A stretch of DNA of 64,000 nt from Camelus ferus (Eukaryota): positions 6,200,001 to 6,264,000 of the forward strand of contig NC_045728.1 in the NCBI RefSeq assembly GCF_009834535.1, written 5' to 3'. The position numbers were made by a program, and so were the translations under genes. The notes below the pieces were generated by a model. That model saw only the letters and a list, made by a program, of their open reading frames with translations, was not told the DNA's origin and searched no databases. The number at the start of each line of letters is the position of its first letter. The stretch's first letter is position 1. Positions 1 to 36,225 of the stretch are shown here, piece after piece.

Positions 1-249
1 CCTTAACCCTAAATAAAACCCTGTCCTCGCTGAAACACTGTCACAAAGGCCATCAGAAGGGCAGAGGGAGAGGCTGCGACCGGAGCAGAGGAGGCGAGGA
101 GACTGTGGGAGGAAAAGAATCTACAGTTCAAGACAGAAGCCACCTGGCCGAGCCAGGCTCCTCAAGCTCAAGGAGGGCTCCCTGCACCGGCTTCTCGGCG
201 ACAGAGAAGGTGACAGGTCTCTCCGAGGGCCTTTCCACCCTGTTTCCGC

Positions 250-1150
250 CTTGTGGGTGCTACACGGCAGCCAGGTGAAGGAACGCAGAGAGGACGGCGG
301 TGAGCCGCGCAGAGGGGCCGCAGGGAGGGGCAAGTCCCGGACAGGTATCGGGGGGATTCGGGCCGCTAGTGGGATCGGACTCGGGGGTCCACCGGACGCA
401 GGGGTCCACTGCCCGCGGGGCCCCTGCCGGTCCTGCCGCCCTCCTGACCCGCCCGGGCCGCAGGGCCCCGCCGCTCCCGCTCCCGCCCGCCCGCGCCTCC
501 GCCCAGCGCTCACCTGCGCCTGGGTGCGCGGCGGCCCCGTCGCGGTGTGGCCGGTGCGGGGCGCGGGCTCCGGCGGCGCCGTGCCGGCCGCCCCGCCCAG
601 GGAAGTGCCGCCGGCCGCCGGCCGCCGGCCGCCCGCTGCCCCGGAAGCGCCGAGGCGCCTGGCCCGCGGCCCCTCCTCCCGCCGCCGCTCCTGCGCTCCG
701 AGTGCGACCCGAGGGGGCACCCAGTCCCGGGCAGCCGCGTCCTTCGTGCCCGCCTCCCCCGGGCCGGCCGGGACGCTCGTGGGCAGCTGCGCAGCCACTG
801 ACCCGCCGGAAGCCTGGAGATGAGTCTTCACTCCCAAGTTCCCCGAAACCCACCAGGAGAACCGGCAGCCAATCGGGGAGAAAGAAAGAAGCCCTTATTT
901 CATTCATTGCCTCCCCTCAACACCCTGCAAAGGAAGCGTTTATACCTTTTTTCTTTTGATACAATCGAGGAAAATAACGCAGGGAGATTGAACGACTTTT
1001 CCAAAGGCCGCACACAGTGAGTTGGTAAGGCGGGGCTGGAACGCGGAGAGGGCGGCGCCGGGGCAGCGGGGAAGGCAGCCCCGGGCCGCGCGCACCTGGC
1101 ACGCTCCCCTGGGCTCCGGTCCAAGCGCGTGGCCGGGCGCTGCTCTGCGG
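250..1150 (-). promoter_or_regulatory. TIRAP: CpG island; probable TIRAP promoter and non-coding first exon (exon ends at 514)
   Basis: Very GC/CpG-rich with GC boxes and ETS-like GGAAGTG (601-607). Strong minus-strand donor GCGCAG|GTGAGC at 514/513. Gene identity rests only on conserved synteny (TIRAP follows FOXRED1 on the same strand in human); no TIRAP coding sequence is in the window. Confidence 0.55.
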
Positions 1151-1814
1151 GCGCTAACGTGGAGTGTGACCCGCCGGGCTCCTCCCTACCCCTCTGCCTC
1201 CACTCCGCGATTTAGCCAGGACACCCTACTTATTAATTCTTGGCCCCAGGCTTTTATGTATGCTTTTTCCCTCAGCCTGGGCTTACCGCCCCTGCTTTTC
1301 CGGTTCCCACCCCCCACCCGCCCATTCACTTTGTTAAAATGCCGATCCTTTAGGCTCAGCTTCCGAGGTCAACTTCCCCGGGAAGCTTGCCGGAGAAACA
1401 ACACCCAGCGGGGTGGGAGTCCGCGTCCTGTGCTTACTCCCAGCGCCCAGGGACTGCACTGTACCCGATCTAGAGGCGAGGGGCCAGGCAGATCAGAGGT
1501 GGAAACACCCCAGTGAGGACAGACACTGTGCTCTGCCTGCTGATGAGTCTCTAGTATGTAGGCCTGGCCAAGAGTAGGAGCTGAATCAATACCCAATAGG
1601 TGAACGAACACATTCCTTCCGTCTGCAGCCAAACCCCTGCAGGAACTCGGGAGAGGGGGAACTAGGGTGCAAACAAGATGGTTCACACTCAGGATTTAAG
1701 AAGGCTCCTGTGCTCCTCCCAGCCTGGTACCAAAGGCAGCGGGTGCTTCAAAAACAACTGCTGTGAGGTGAAAAGATGAAGGGACAGAAGACTGAAAGGA
1801 AGGAGTTAATCACA

Positions 1815-1820
1815 TTTACT
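1815..1820 (-). terminator. FOXRED1: Probable variant polyadenylation signal (AGTAAA) of FOXRED1
   Basis: AGTAAA about 440 nt after the stop, followed by a U/C-rich tract. I found no AATAAA or ATTAAA on the minus strand between the stop and position 1. Confidence 0.45.
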
Positions 1821-2257
1821 GATTGATAAATAGGGTAAACAGACAAGTCCATAGATCTGGGCCAGGATGCCCCCGAATGCTCCCTGCCTGCGCTCTGCTG
1901 GGGTGTGCAGAGATGGGCAGAGGCACTCTTTCTGGGTAGGAACCAGGAAGGAGCCAGTCCTGGGCCACGGTGCTCAGGTCCCCTGAGGTGTTCTGTCCAG
2001 CTGGGCTATGGCTGGCTGGCATCAGCCTAAGCCATGACCAGTCCTGGGGTCCCGCCCCATCATTCTCTGTCAGCCTGGGCCTCGGGTGCAGTGGTCTGCC
2101 TGCCTGCCCAGCCATATAGATGACCTGGATGAGAAGGTGGAGGTGACCCCAGCATGGGGCTGAGGAGGAATCAAGCGGTGAGGTGGGTGTGAACACGGGC
2201 CAGAATTAGAGCCCAGGGTGACAGATGGGCAGTGGGGCCCGTGGAGAGCTGACAGGC

Positions 2258-9010
<6,753 letters not shown>

Positions 9011-9416
9011 GGCCCTGCTGCGCCTGACAGGTCTGAGAAGGCCGCCTCACACCAATAGCGTCCCACCCTCACGTCACTACTCCGCGCCGCCGGCCGTTCA
9101 GGCGGGCGCGCCCATTGGCCAGCCTCCCCTCCGGACCCCGCCCCTCCGCCCTATAGACAGCCGTCCTCTCCCGTGACTCCCCAAGAGCCCCGCCCAGTCC
9201 CGCCCACTCCCTCCATTGGCGAGCCCGGCGTCTACGTCAGTCCTGCGCGCCCTGGGGTGGAGCGGGGGAGGGTATCCCGCGGCGCCGAGCGGAAGTGCGG
9301 CTGAGCCGGTTTCCGGGGCCGCTGGTGTGACGTGTCCCGCGCTTGACGCAGCAGGAAGCGGCGGCGATCGCGGCCTGAGTTCCCGGCGCCGGACCGGCTC
9401 CTCTCCCGCTGCCGCC

Positions 9417-9533
9417 ATGCTCGACTTCTTCACCATTTTCTCGAAAGGCGGGCTCGTGCTCTGGTGCTTCCAGGGCGTGAGCGACTCATGCACCGGGCCC
9501 GTTAACGCGTTGATTCGTTCCGTGCTGCTGCAG
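9417..9533 (+). CDS. SRPRA: SRPRA exon 1 ([20 protein letters not shown]...)
   Basis: gccgccATG; CAG|GTACCG. Confidence 0.96.
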
Positions 9534-12500
9534 GTACCGCCCCCGCGGGATCAGAACTCTGGGCGTCCCCCTGACCTGGTCCATAGTCCCCTCGACTGGC
9601 CCTGCGCCTCCCTCCCACCCCGTCGGCCCACCTCAAACTGGTCCCTTACTCGTAATCCGGACTTGACTTCTTTCTCCCGCCCCCGTCAGACCCTCTCGCA
9701 ACTTTGCGACGTCCCCTCCCCCTCCGCTTTCTGGGACTCTGGCCTGATTCCCTATCCTATTGAGACTTCCCATTGTTCCCTCCACTCACTCCCAGCAGCT
9801 TGGTTCTCTGTCGTTTCGAAGGCTGGATGAGATAATGGATGGAAAAGCGTCTTTCAAGAACTGTAGATAGTGTACAGCTGCTAATAAACCCGATTGTTTA
9901 TCTGAGGGCTACTTTCCTTCCGTCTCCACGTGTCCTTCCTTCCCACCTCCTTCCCCTTCCCCCCAGCTTGGTGTCTCCTTTTTTCCCTGGTGGAGTGCTG
10001 GAGAGCAAGCAGTCCCCGCGCATCTTCTCGCCCTGGGAACAGATTTGACTTTGGGGGAATGTCTAGTTACTTCTCAAAGGTAATCCTGGAGGCGTCCAAG
10101 TTTATGTTTTGTGGTGATGGTCCGAACTCTGAGATACACTCTTTTTCCAGGAAAGGGGAGGTAACAACTCCTTCACCCATGAGGCTCTTACACTCAAGTA
10201 CAAGCTGGACAACCAGTTTGAGCTGGTGTTTGTGGTAAGTGGGAGATATTTTAGAGGGGCATGAATACGTTTGCAACACAGTCCTGATTATTAGGAGAAT
10301 CCTGATGAATTGCACCCAGTGTATATGATGAAGTAACTGAGAAGATAGGGAGGGTGGAGGGGGAAAGGGAGGAAGCTCTTGGGCCCAGGCAGAGAGCTTG
10401 GCGTTCCTCCGGTCGGGGCAACCTGCCAAGTGGCTGAGCCAGTCTCTGGAGGCCTGGGTTGAGTTGGCTTCCCTCTGTTCTGGGCTGGCATGTAAGCAGA
10501 TCTGTTGGCTCTGTTTATTTCCCTAAACAGGTTGGTTTTCAGAAGATCCTAACACTGACGTACGTAGACAAGTTGATAGACGATGTGCACCGGCTGTTTC
10601 GGGACAAGTACCGCACTGAGATCCAACAGCAAAGTGCTTTAAGTCTATTGAATGGCACTTTTGATTTCCAAAATGACTTCCTGCGGCTCCTTCGGTGAGA
10701 GGCCTCTCCTTTCGAAACCAATTTCCATGACTTGATGAGCTCCCTCCTTCTGGAGGGCAGTTCAAGTGTAGTAAATTGTGGCTTGAAGGACACTCCTGAG
10801 CTTGCTGCCCAGTTCTGATTGTCCTCTTGATGTGAGGGCCGTGTCTCTGGATTTGGACTNNNNNNNNNNNNNNNNNNNNNNNNNNNNNNNNNNNNNNNNN
10901 NNNNNNNNNNNNNNNNNNNNNNNNNNNNNNNNNNNNNNNNNNNNNNNNNNNNNNNNNNNNNNNNNNNNNNNNNNNNNNNNNNNNNNNNNNNNNNNNNNNN
11001 NNNNNNNNNNNNNNNNNNNNNNNAGGGGGCAAAGAAAGAAGGTGAGTTTGAGCTTGGACGTCCTGGGGCCTGAGAAGTCGTCAAGGACTGAAGTGGTCCC
11101 TGTCCTTCCTCTGTCATTGCTTGCCTCCCTCACTTGGGGGCCTGCCACCCTCACTGTCACCTCCAGTCCTTGTCATCCCCAAGATGTTTGCTCCTAGATG
11201 TTTCCTCGTTACGACTTGGGACACTTTTTCCCATTTGTTTATTTTGTTGGAGTTTGGTCCTTTTTTCAGTGAGTTTTGTCCTTGATAGGTTCTGATGGCC
11301 CTTTGGCTACCAGCAAAGCAGTCCCCGCAGAAAAGCCAGGTCCAGTGGGGCCTGAGAATGGGGTGGAACTTTCCAAAGAGGAACTGATACGCAGGAAGCG
11401 AGAAGAGTTCATTCAGAAGCACGGGAAGGGTATGGAGAAGTCCGGGTGAGCATCCCAGCTTGCACCATGAGTACCATTATCTAGACACGCTGGAGCGAGA
11501 GAGTTCTCGTCTCTGACTCTTGGGTGGATGTTTCCTCTCCCATTTCTCCACCATAACCCTTTGTGCTGTAACCCTTTGCAGTAAGTCTGCAAAGTCAGAT
11601 GCTCCCAAGGAGAAGGGCAAAAAGGCGCCCCGGGTGTGGGCACTGGGTGGCTCTGCTCCCAAGGAAGTCTTGGACTACAGCACCCCCACCACCAACGGAG
11701 CCCCTGAGGTGGCCCCGCCTGAGGACATCAACTTGGTAAGAGGCAGCAGGGGCCAGAGTGAAGGCTACCGTTAGTAAGAAACGGGGGAGGAAGTGGAAAT
11801 GAGGAAGGTGGTACCCTTGATTTCTTGGAGTGAGGGGGTGAGTCACACTTGGAGCTTCCCAAATCATAAAGGGAGAGCAGAGCAGGCAGGGCGAACCCTG
11901 GGCTTTTCTCCCTCACAGAACCCTTAGTGTCCCTGACCCCACCTCCTTCCTTTTCCTACACCCTCCAGATCCGAGGGACTGGGCCTGGGGGGCAGCTCCA
12001 GGATCTGGACTGCAGCAGCTCGGATGACGAAGGGGCGGCTCAAAACTCCACCAAACCCAGGTAGGGGGTTTCAGGTGGCGGGTGGTACATGCAGCTGCAG
12101 AGCTGATGGGCCTGGACCCCTGCCCTCTGGCTTTTGTGCATCTGTACTCTCCTGTGCCTGCAGTGCTACCAAGGGGACTCTGGGTGGCATGTTTGGGATG
12201 CTGAAGGGCCTTGTGGGTTCCAAGAGCTTGACTCGTGAAGACATGGAATCTGTGCTGGACAAGATGCGTGACCACCTCATTGGTGAGTCTGCCGAGCAGG
12301 TGGGCTCGTGTTTACGGGGTAGGGATGGTGTGGGGTGGTTTCTCAGTGGTACCATGAGGGTCATTCACTGCTGATGTGGCACTCACACCACACCTGTCCC
12401 CCCTCCTCAGCTAAGAATGTGGCAGCCGACATTGCAGTCCAGCTCTGTGAGTCTGTGGCCAGCAAGCTGGAAGGGAAGGTGATGGGGACGTTCAGTAGTA

Positions 12501-14311
12501 AGTACCTCCCTCAGCCAGAAGTCCTTAGGTAAGGCGTTATCCAGGAGGCTTCCACTAGACCTCCGTTCTTACTAGGTGTGTGATTTTTGACAAATTCCAT
12601 AACCTCTAATCTATTACATAGCTTAGATTCTAGGTGTTAATAACATCTAAATTAGAAGAACTAAATGAGTTAATACTTGTAAAGTGCTGTCGGGTATGGT
12701 GTGGATTCCTGGGCAGACTCCTAGTTCCTTGAGCTCTGAGTTGTCCTGGGCGTCCTTGGAGTATGTTATTTGGGTTTCATGGATCTGCCTCCTCCTCCCC
12801 CTTTCAGCGGTGACTTCCACAGTAAAGCAAGCTCTTCAAGAGTCCCTGGTGCAGATTCTGCAGCCACAGCGCCGCGTAGACATGCTCCGGGATATCATGG
12901 ACGCCCAGCGTCACCAGCGCCCTTACGTGGTTACTTTCTGTGGCGTTAACGGCGTGGGGAAGTCCACTAACCTTGCCAAGGTCAGTGCAGTTCCCCAGCT
13001 CATCTCTGACGTTGTTCTTCCCCATTTCCTAGCCTCTGGGTCCAGGTGGCAGTTTCTTTTGCCATTTTCACAGATTTCCTTCTGGCTGTTGGAGAATCGC
13101 TTCAGTGTCCTCATTGCGGCCTGTGATACGTTTCGCGCTGGGGCTGTGGAGCAGCTGCGGACGCACACCCGGCGCCTGAGCGCCCTCCACCCCCCGGAGA
13201 AGCACGGCGGCCGCACCATGGTGCAGCTGTTCGAGAAGGGCTACGGCAAGGATGCTGCAGGCATTGCCATGGAAGCTATTGCCTTTGGTACAGTGCACAA
13301 CAAGCGGGGAGCTGGTCTGGGCCCCTTTCTTCCTTGGTTTCTCTTGGAACTTGGAGAGGACCAGGATTACCCTACTACCAACTTACTGCTCAGAAACGGG
13401 TCAGCCTTAGTGACATGCTCTGCTCTGGGGTCCCAGGTGTAGTTACAAGCAAGGCTAATGCATCCCAACCAGAGAGGCCTCTCCTTGGTCATCTTTATCC
13501 TACTGTCATCCTTCTCCTAAATGTGCCTGATGGCCGAGCATGGGAGTTTTTTCTGATTTTACATGACCTGGTAGGTCACCTAGAGCCCGAGGAAACAGGC
13601 TTTTAAGGCGGCCAGTTTGGGACTCCTTCAGGGCAAGCTGAAATGAGCGCAGTAGTCCAGATTTGAGCTGACCGCTTTTTTTTCTCTCTAGCACGAAACC
13701 AAGGCTTTGATGTGGTGCTGGTGGACACGGCGGGCCGCATGCAAGACAACGCCCCTCTGATGACTGCCCTGGCCAAGCTCATTACTGTCAACGCGCCCGA
13801 CTTGGTGCTGTTTGTAGGGGAGGCCTTAGTAGGCAATGAGGCTGTGGACCAGCTGGTGAGGGCTAGAGCCCGGTTCTCTTTCCAGCCTCAGCCTTGGCCA
13901 CTGTAGCAGAAGCACTGACATCATGTTTCTCCTTTCCAGGTCAAGTTCAACAGAGCCTTGGCTGACCATTCTATGGCTCAGACGCCTCGGCTCATTGATG
14001 GCATTGTCCTTACCAAATTTGATACAATTGATGACAAGGTAAGTATGGACATGGGGCAGAGTGGGGCTGGGAGGGAGACGGCCAGCCTTCACAAGGGAGC
14101 AGTTGGCTCCAAAGCCTTCTGTTGCTGAGGGAGTGGCAGGGAGTGGCCTGGAGCTGACTGGGGATCCTTTTCTCCCATTCAGGTGGGAGCTGCTATTTCT
14201 ATGACCTACATCACAAGCAAACCCATCGTCTTTGTGGGCACTGGCCAGACCTACTGTGACCTACGCAGTCTCAACGCCAAGGCTGTTGTGGCTGCCCTCA
14301 TGAAGGCTTAA
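9417..14311 (+). CDS. SRPRA: SRPRA, signal recognition particle receptor subunit alpha; about 637 aa
   Basis: join(+): 9417-9533, 10151-10234, 10531-10694, ~10881-11041 (mostly N), 11289-11445, 11582-11735, 11969-12060, 12164-12282, 12411-12497, 12808-12980, 13074-13287, 13692-13855, 13940-14038, 14183-14311. Kozak gccgccATG; N-terminal SRX/longin region; SRP GTPase motifs [28 protein letters not shown]. Confidence 0.97.
10151..10234 (+). CDS. SRPRA: SRPRA exon 2
   Basis: [28 protein letters not shown]; ttccag| ... |GTAAGT. Confidence 0.96.
10531..10694 (+). CDS. SRPRA: SRPRA exon 3
   Basis: [27 protein letters not shown]...; AG/GT flanks. Confidence 0.96.
10860..11023. other. N-run (164 nt); the other five are 23075-23214, 28424-28575, 30882-31021, 45552-45694 and 59976-60156
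   Basis: Directly visible. Confidence 0.99.
10881..11041 (+). CDS. SRPRA: SRPRA exon 4 (5' part hidden in N-run; start inferred from 161-nt orthologous exon)
   Basis: Visible 3' end GGG GCA AAG AAA GAA G|GTGAGT (GAKKEG); start not observable. Confidence 0.7.
11289..11445 (+). CDS. SRPRA: SRPRA exon 5
   Basis: [52 protein letters not shown]; AG/GT flanks. Confidence 0.94.
11582..11735 (+). CDS. SRPRA: SRPRA exon 6
   Basis: [23 protein letters not shown]...EDINL; |GTAAGA. Confidence 0.94.
11969..12060 (+). CDS. SRPRA: SRPRA exon 7
   Basis: [30 protein letters not shown]; AG/GT flanks. Confidence 0.94.
12164..12282 (+). CDS. SRPRA: SRPRA exon 8
   Basis: [39 protein letters not shown]; |GTGAGT. 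Confidence 0.95.
12411..12497 (+). CDS. SRPRA: SRPRA exon 9
   Basis: [28 protein letters not shown]; |GTAAGT. Confidence 0.95.
12555..12690 (+). mobile_element. MIR remnant in SRPRA intron 9
   Basis: ttactaggtgtgtgatttttgacaaattcc ... aaatgagttaatacttgtaaagtgct. Confidence 0.6.
12808..12980 (+). CDS. SRPRA: SRPRA exon 10 (P-loop)
   Basis: ...[20 protein letters not shown]; AG/GT flanks. Confidence 0.96.
13074..13287 (+). CDS. SRPRA: SRPRA exon 11
   Basis: [28 protein letters not shown]...MEAIAF; AG/GT flanks. Confidence 0.96.
13692..13855 (+). CDS. SRPRA: SRPRA exon 12
   Basis: [23 protein letters not shown]...AVDQL; AG/GT flanks. Confidence 0.96.
13940..14038 (+). CDS. SRPRA: SRPRA exon 13
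   Basis: [33 protein letters not shown]; |GTAAGT. Confidence 0.96.
14183..14311 (+). CDS. SRPRA: SRPRA exon 14 (terminal)
   Basis: [42 protein letters not shown], stop TAA 14309-14311. Confidence 0.96.
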   Translation: MGAAISMTYITSKPIVFVGTGQTYCDLRSLNAKAVVAALMKA

Positions 14312-15254
14312 CATGGCTTTTGCCCAATACCAAATCACCGCTTCCCCCCAAAGCCCCCATCCCTGTATCAAGAATGTGCTTCAGAGTATGTGAGCGACTT
14401 GTCTTCAGTGTAGTTCAAAGGCAGAGCAAGGGGAGCTCCAGGGGCTTCCAGCTCTAGGAGGAGCTCCTAACCCCACTCCCTGTTCAGCCCAGCCTCCACC
14501 TGCAAGGAGGGCCTAGTCATGTTAACAGTCACTGCCCGGTGCCCCACCCCCACCCCAGTCTTCCCTGTTCCTACTCAGGCATCCCTTCACTCTGCCTAGA
14601 GACTCGGTCTCATTACAGCTTTGACCAATGGTTAGAAGATCCAACACCAGAGCTTGGCTACTTAGGAATTAGGGAATGTCCGAACATCGTTGCCAGCTCC
14701 ATTAGATGAAGAGACTTCCAGAGCCAGCTCTGGGCCTTGAGTGGCACCTCTCCCTAGGATAGTCTTCAGGTCCCTAGGGCCAAGATGACACCCCACATGG
14801 TGGCAGTGTATGGCCTGTTCTTAATTGCTGCTAACTCGCTGATGACCCCTCTCCCCGTTTACCCAAAGCATCAGCTAGGCCAGAGAGGTGCCGCAGACGG
14901 GTGAAAGGGGAGTCCCCGCTTCCTCGGAAACACAGGGAGCCGAGCTGCAGTGCTGCAATGGGCTTCTCAGCCTCCCAAACCACCTCCCACTCTGAGAATC
15001 CACACATAACTTTGCATGTTCCCTTTCCTGGGAGAAAACCAGCTGTCAGAAGGGGATACACGTGGCCCCCAGCCCCTTCTTCACCTGAGCAGTTCCTGGC
15101 TTTCCCTCCTCTCTACAGTGCCTGGTAGACAAGTGCTACGTTGAAGAATACGAACCTTGTTAAGACTTGTCCTGTAGCTTGGTATTACAGACGTGCTATT
15201 AGTGCAATAAGGTAAAGGCTGTCTGCCCAGAGAAATACATAATTTATATAAGAA

Positions 15255-15273
15255 AATAAATTTCATAAATAAA
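15255..15273 (+). terminator. SRPRA: Tandem AATAAA polyadenylation signals of SRPRA
   Basis: AATAAA at 15255-15260 and 15268-15273, about 950 nt after the stop. Confidence 0.75.
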
Positions 15274-15570
15274 CCGCCTTTTAGGTCTTGGGAGTTACTT
15301 TATAGGGGACTGGGAACTAAAATCCCTCCTTGCACTAACTCTAGTTCTAGGATGTATGGTAAGAAAGGAAACACCGGATGGATGCTGAGGAATCTGGTAA
15401 AACGAATGGTTCTGAGAACGAGACCGCCCTGCTCCAAGGTGGGAAAACACAACCTGGAAGATTTAAACTGAGTTGCGAACATGAGGCTGGTCAGTGCTTC
15501 TGCAGGTCAGGCGTTCTCTAAAGTGATTCTAGAAGTAGACCCAGGGCCCTGGGAAGTAAACGAACAAGCT

Positions 15571-15576
15571 TTTAAT
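15571..15576 (-). terminator. FAM118B: ATTAAA polyadenylation signal of FAM118B
   Basis: tttaat on + strand, at the end of the AU-rich part of the FAM118B 3'UTR. Confidence 0.6.
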
Positions 15577-16019
15577 ACAGCTCAATTATGTAAAATACTG
15601 TACACTGTAAAAGGTCTAGAAAACTAGAGCTTCAAGTCATGTTTTAAAAAAGCCATTAAGCTTAATTGAAAAACCAAGTCGAGAGTACAAAACTGCAGCC
15701 AGGGCCACGGCCAGTCCGTGGCGTCCAGATCCCAAATCCTTCATGCAGCGCCACAGCCACAGTCAGCAGAGGGGTCCTGTGATGTGCTGTGTGGACACAG
15801 GGTGCCAGCCGGGGGTGGGGCGGGGCTGCACTGGGTCACTGAATATGCTTGAAAGGGAATGCCAAGAACCAGCCGGCACGAGGGTTAGGCGGGTACTCCC
15901 CCCGCCACCGCCCTGGCCCCGGCCTTCCACCTCAGGGCTGCGGTGCTTCCTGGGAGCTGCTGTGGGTTCTCGTACGTTTGCTTGTTAAACACTGTCCACG
16001 GTGGCGAGTCCTCTAGCCC

Positions 16020-34333
<18,314 letters not shown>

Positions 34334-36039
34334 TTAACAGTTTTAAGAAGCTGTACATCCTAAAAGTGTTTTAGAGGTATAATCTGCTAAACAGAAATTT
34401 ATTAATTAATGAGTGTTCCAAACTTAAGGAATTAAATTCATCCAAAAGAAAGTAACCTCGAAATTAGGACTTTGGTGCTCTCTACTTCTGTTCCCGAAGG
34501 GTCCTCCCCGCTTCTCAAAAAACGAAACCAAACCAATGTCAACTCATGTCAATTACTGGCCATCACTTTGTGGAGACTATGAAATATACCTGTTTTTCTC
34601 CTCTGAGACAGGCTTGGGGAAGACTTAAGGGATAAAAATAACCCATGGGTAAGTGTGCTAATAACCCCCAGTTATCCATTTACTATCAGCTCAAGAAATC
34701 ACTGGGCCAAGAATAGAACAATCAATACGAACTTGCTGATTGTTGGACCTTCCAGGCTGCTGGACAACTGTGCTATCATGGGCAGCAAGGCTAAACATAG
34801 TGAGACACTGCGAGGAATGGGAAAGGGATTACCAAGTAATTATTCAGGTGATGAGCTAATCAGCAAAAGTACAAGAATTATCATGGTACTCCATGGTAAG
34901 ATCAATAAAGAGAAGCTGTAACTGCTCAAAAGTTTAGTAAATTTGCTAAATATAAGGATCACTAATTCTAAAATAGCAGTATTTTAAATATTGCTACACA
35001 CAGGACAGAACACAATCCAGAATCCCAGAGTTTTGGGTGTTTTATTACCTTACATGGTCAATATACAGAAAGAACCTAATCACTAATAATTACTTGAAGT
35101 TTGCTGTTTTATTAGCTTTTTTATTTCTTAAAACATTTAAAAATATTTGCTGAATTAGCTTCCCTGGTAAACAGGCTAATTTGCTCACTCCGTATTTCAT
35201 CACACATAATGGAATTCTTTGATATCACAAACCCGAGGAAAATAGGGATCACAGAATCACAGCAGTGAGCGAGGAAGCAAACCACCTTTCTAGTCAAACC
35301 TTTGGTTCTGTTGGTGAGAAAGTGGGGAGCTCAGAGAAGACAGATGAATTACTTAACTCACAAATCTTGCCTCAACCTCATAATCATCTGAGATGCTTGT
35401 TAAAAGTATATGTTCTTAAAGATGAAGTCTTACTAATCAACTTAAAAGATACTATATTTCCCAGGCTCTAATCCCAAATAACTGAACCAGAATCTTCAGG
35501 GGAATCTTATGATGAGACACAGGAAACACCTAAATGAAATGCAAAAAAAGTCTTCCACAATCCAATGTTTTGCTAAATAGAGGACGCACACCGCATGCCG
35601 CCCTCCCTTCTTCCACATGCACACATCGTTTATTACAGTCTCGCCAATACCAAGAGTTAGGAGTTAACTACCATTAAAATATTTCCATGAGGTTTTAATA
35701 TATGTGAAGTCATTTCTTCCTTTAAGGTCTAGTCTATGTTCCAGACTGGAACAGTGGCAGCAGAGTGGGAACCTCTCCCACATACAGGACAACCTATCAA
35801 TTTGGGGATATTTTTTAAAAGTACATGAAGAAAAGTGTGTATTCTTACACTCTCTCCTTAAATATGGTTCTCTAAGCCTGTCATCTGGACAACGTACACT
35901 CATGTAAAAAATACTGTGCATTGAGAAAGATGAGAGTGAACTACAGAGGGAAATCATTTAATGTTCATTAGGTTTCAAAGATGGACATCTTCAGAACCCA
36001 ATGTTTAATTCAGCTACGTTAAACCAGAGATTTAACAAA

Positions 36040-36225
36040 CTCTTAGATGGTGCTTACCATGTGCCAAGCACTATTTACAAATATTAACTCATGTAGTGCC
36101 ATAACCTTATGAAGTACTATTATCGTCCTATTTTAGTGATGGGAAAACTGAAGCATGGAAAGGCTGGGTACCATAATTCAAACCAGGGCGGTCTGCATCC
36201 CAGGTCCATGCTCTTAACCACACCG
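36040..36225 (-). mobile_element. MIR remnant
   Basis: gtgcttaccatgtgccaagcact...gatgggaaaactgaagc...attcaaaccagg. Confidence 0.75.

Noticed and set aside
121-959. Several long overlapping ORFs (190-238 aa) on both strands
   Set aside because: Ala/Gly/Pro/Arg-rich translations typical of stop-poor CpG islands, with no recognisable domain. The same applies to the ORFs at 52743-53934.
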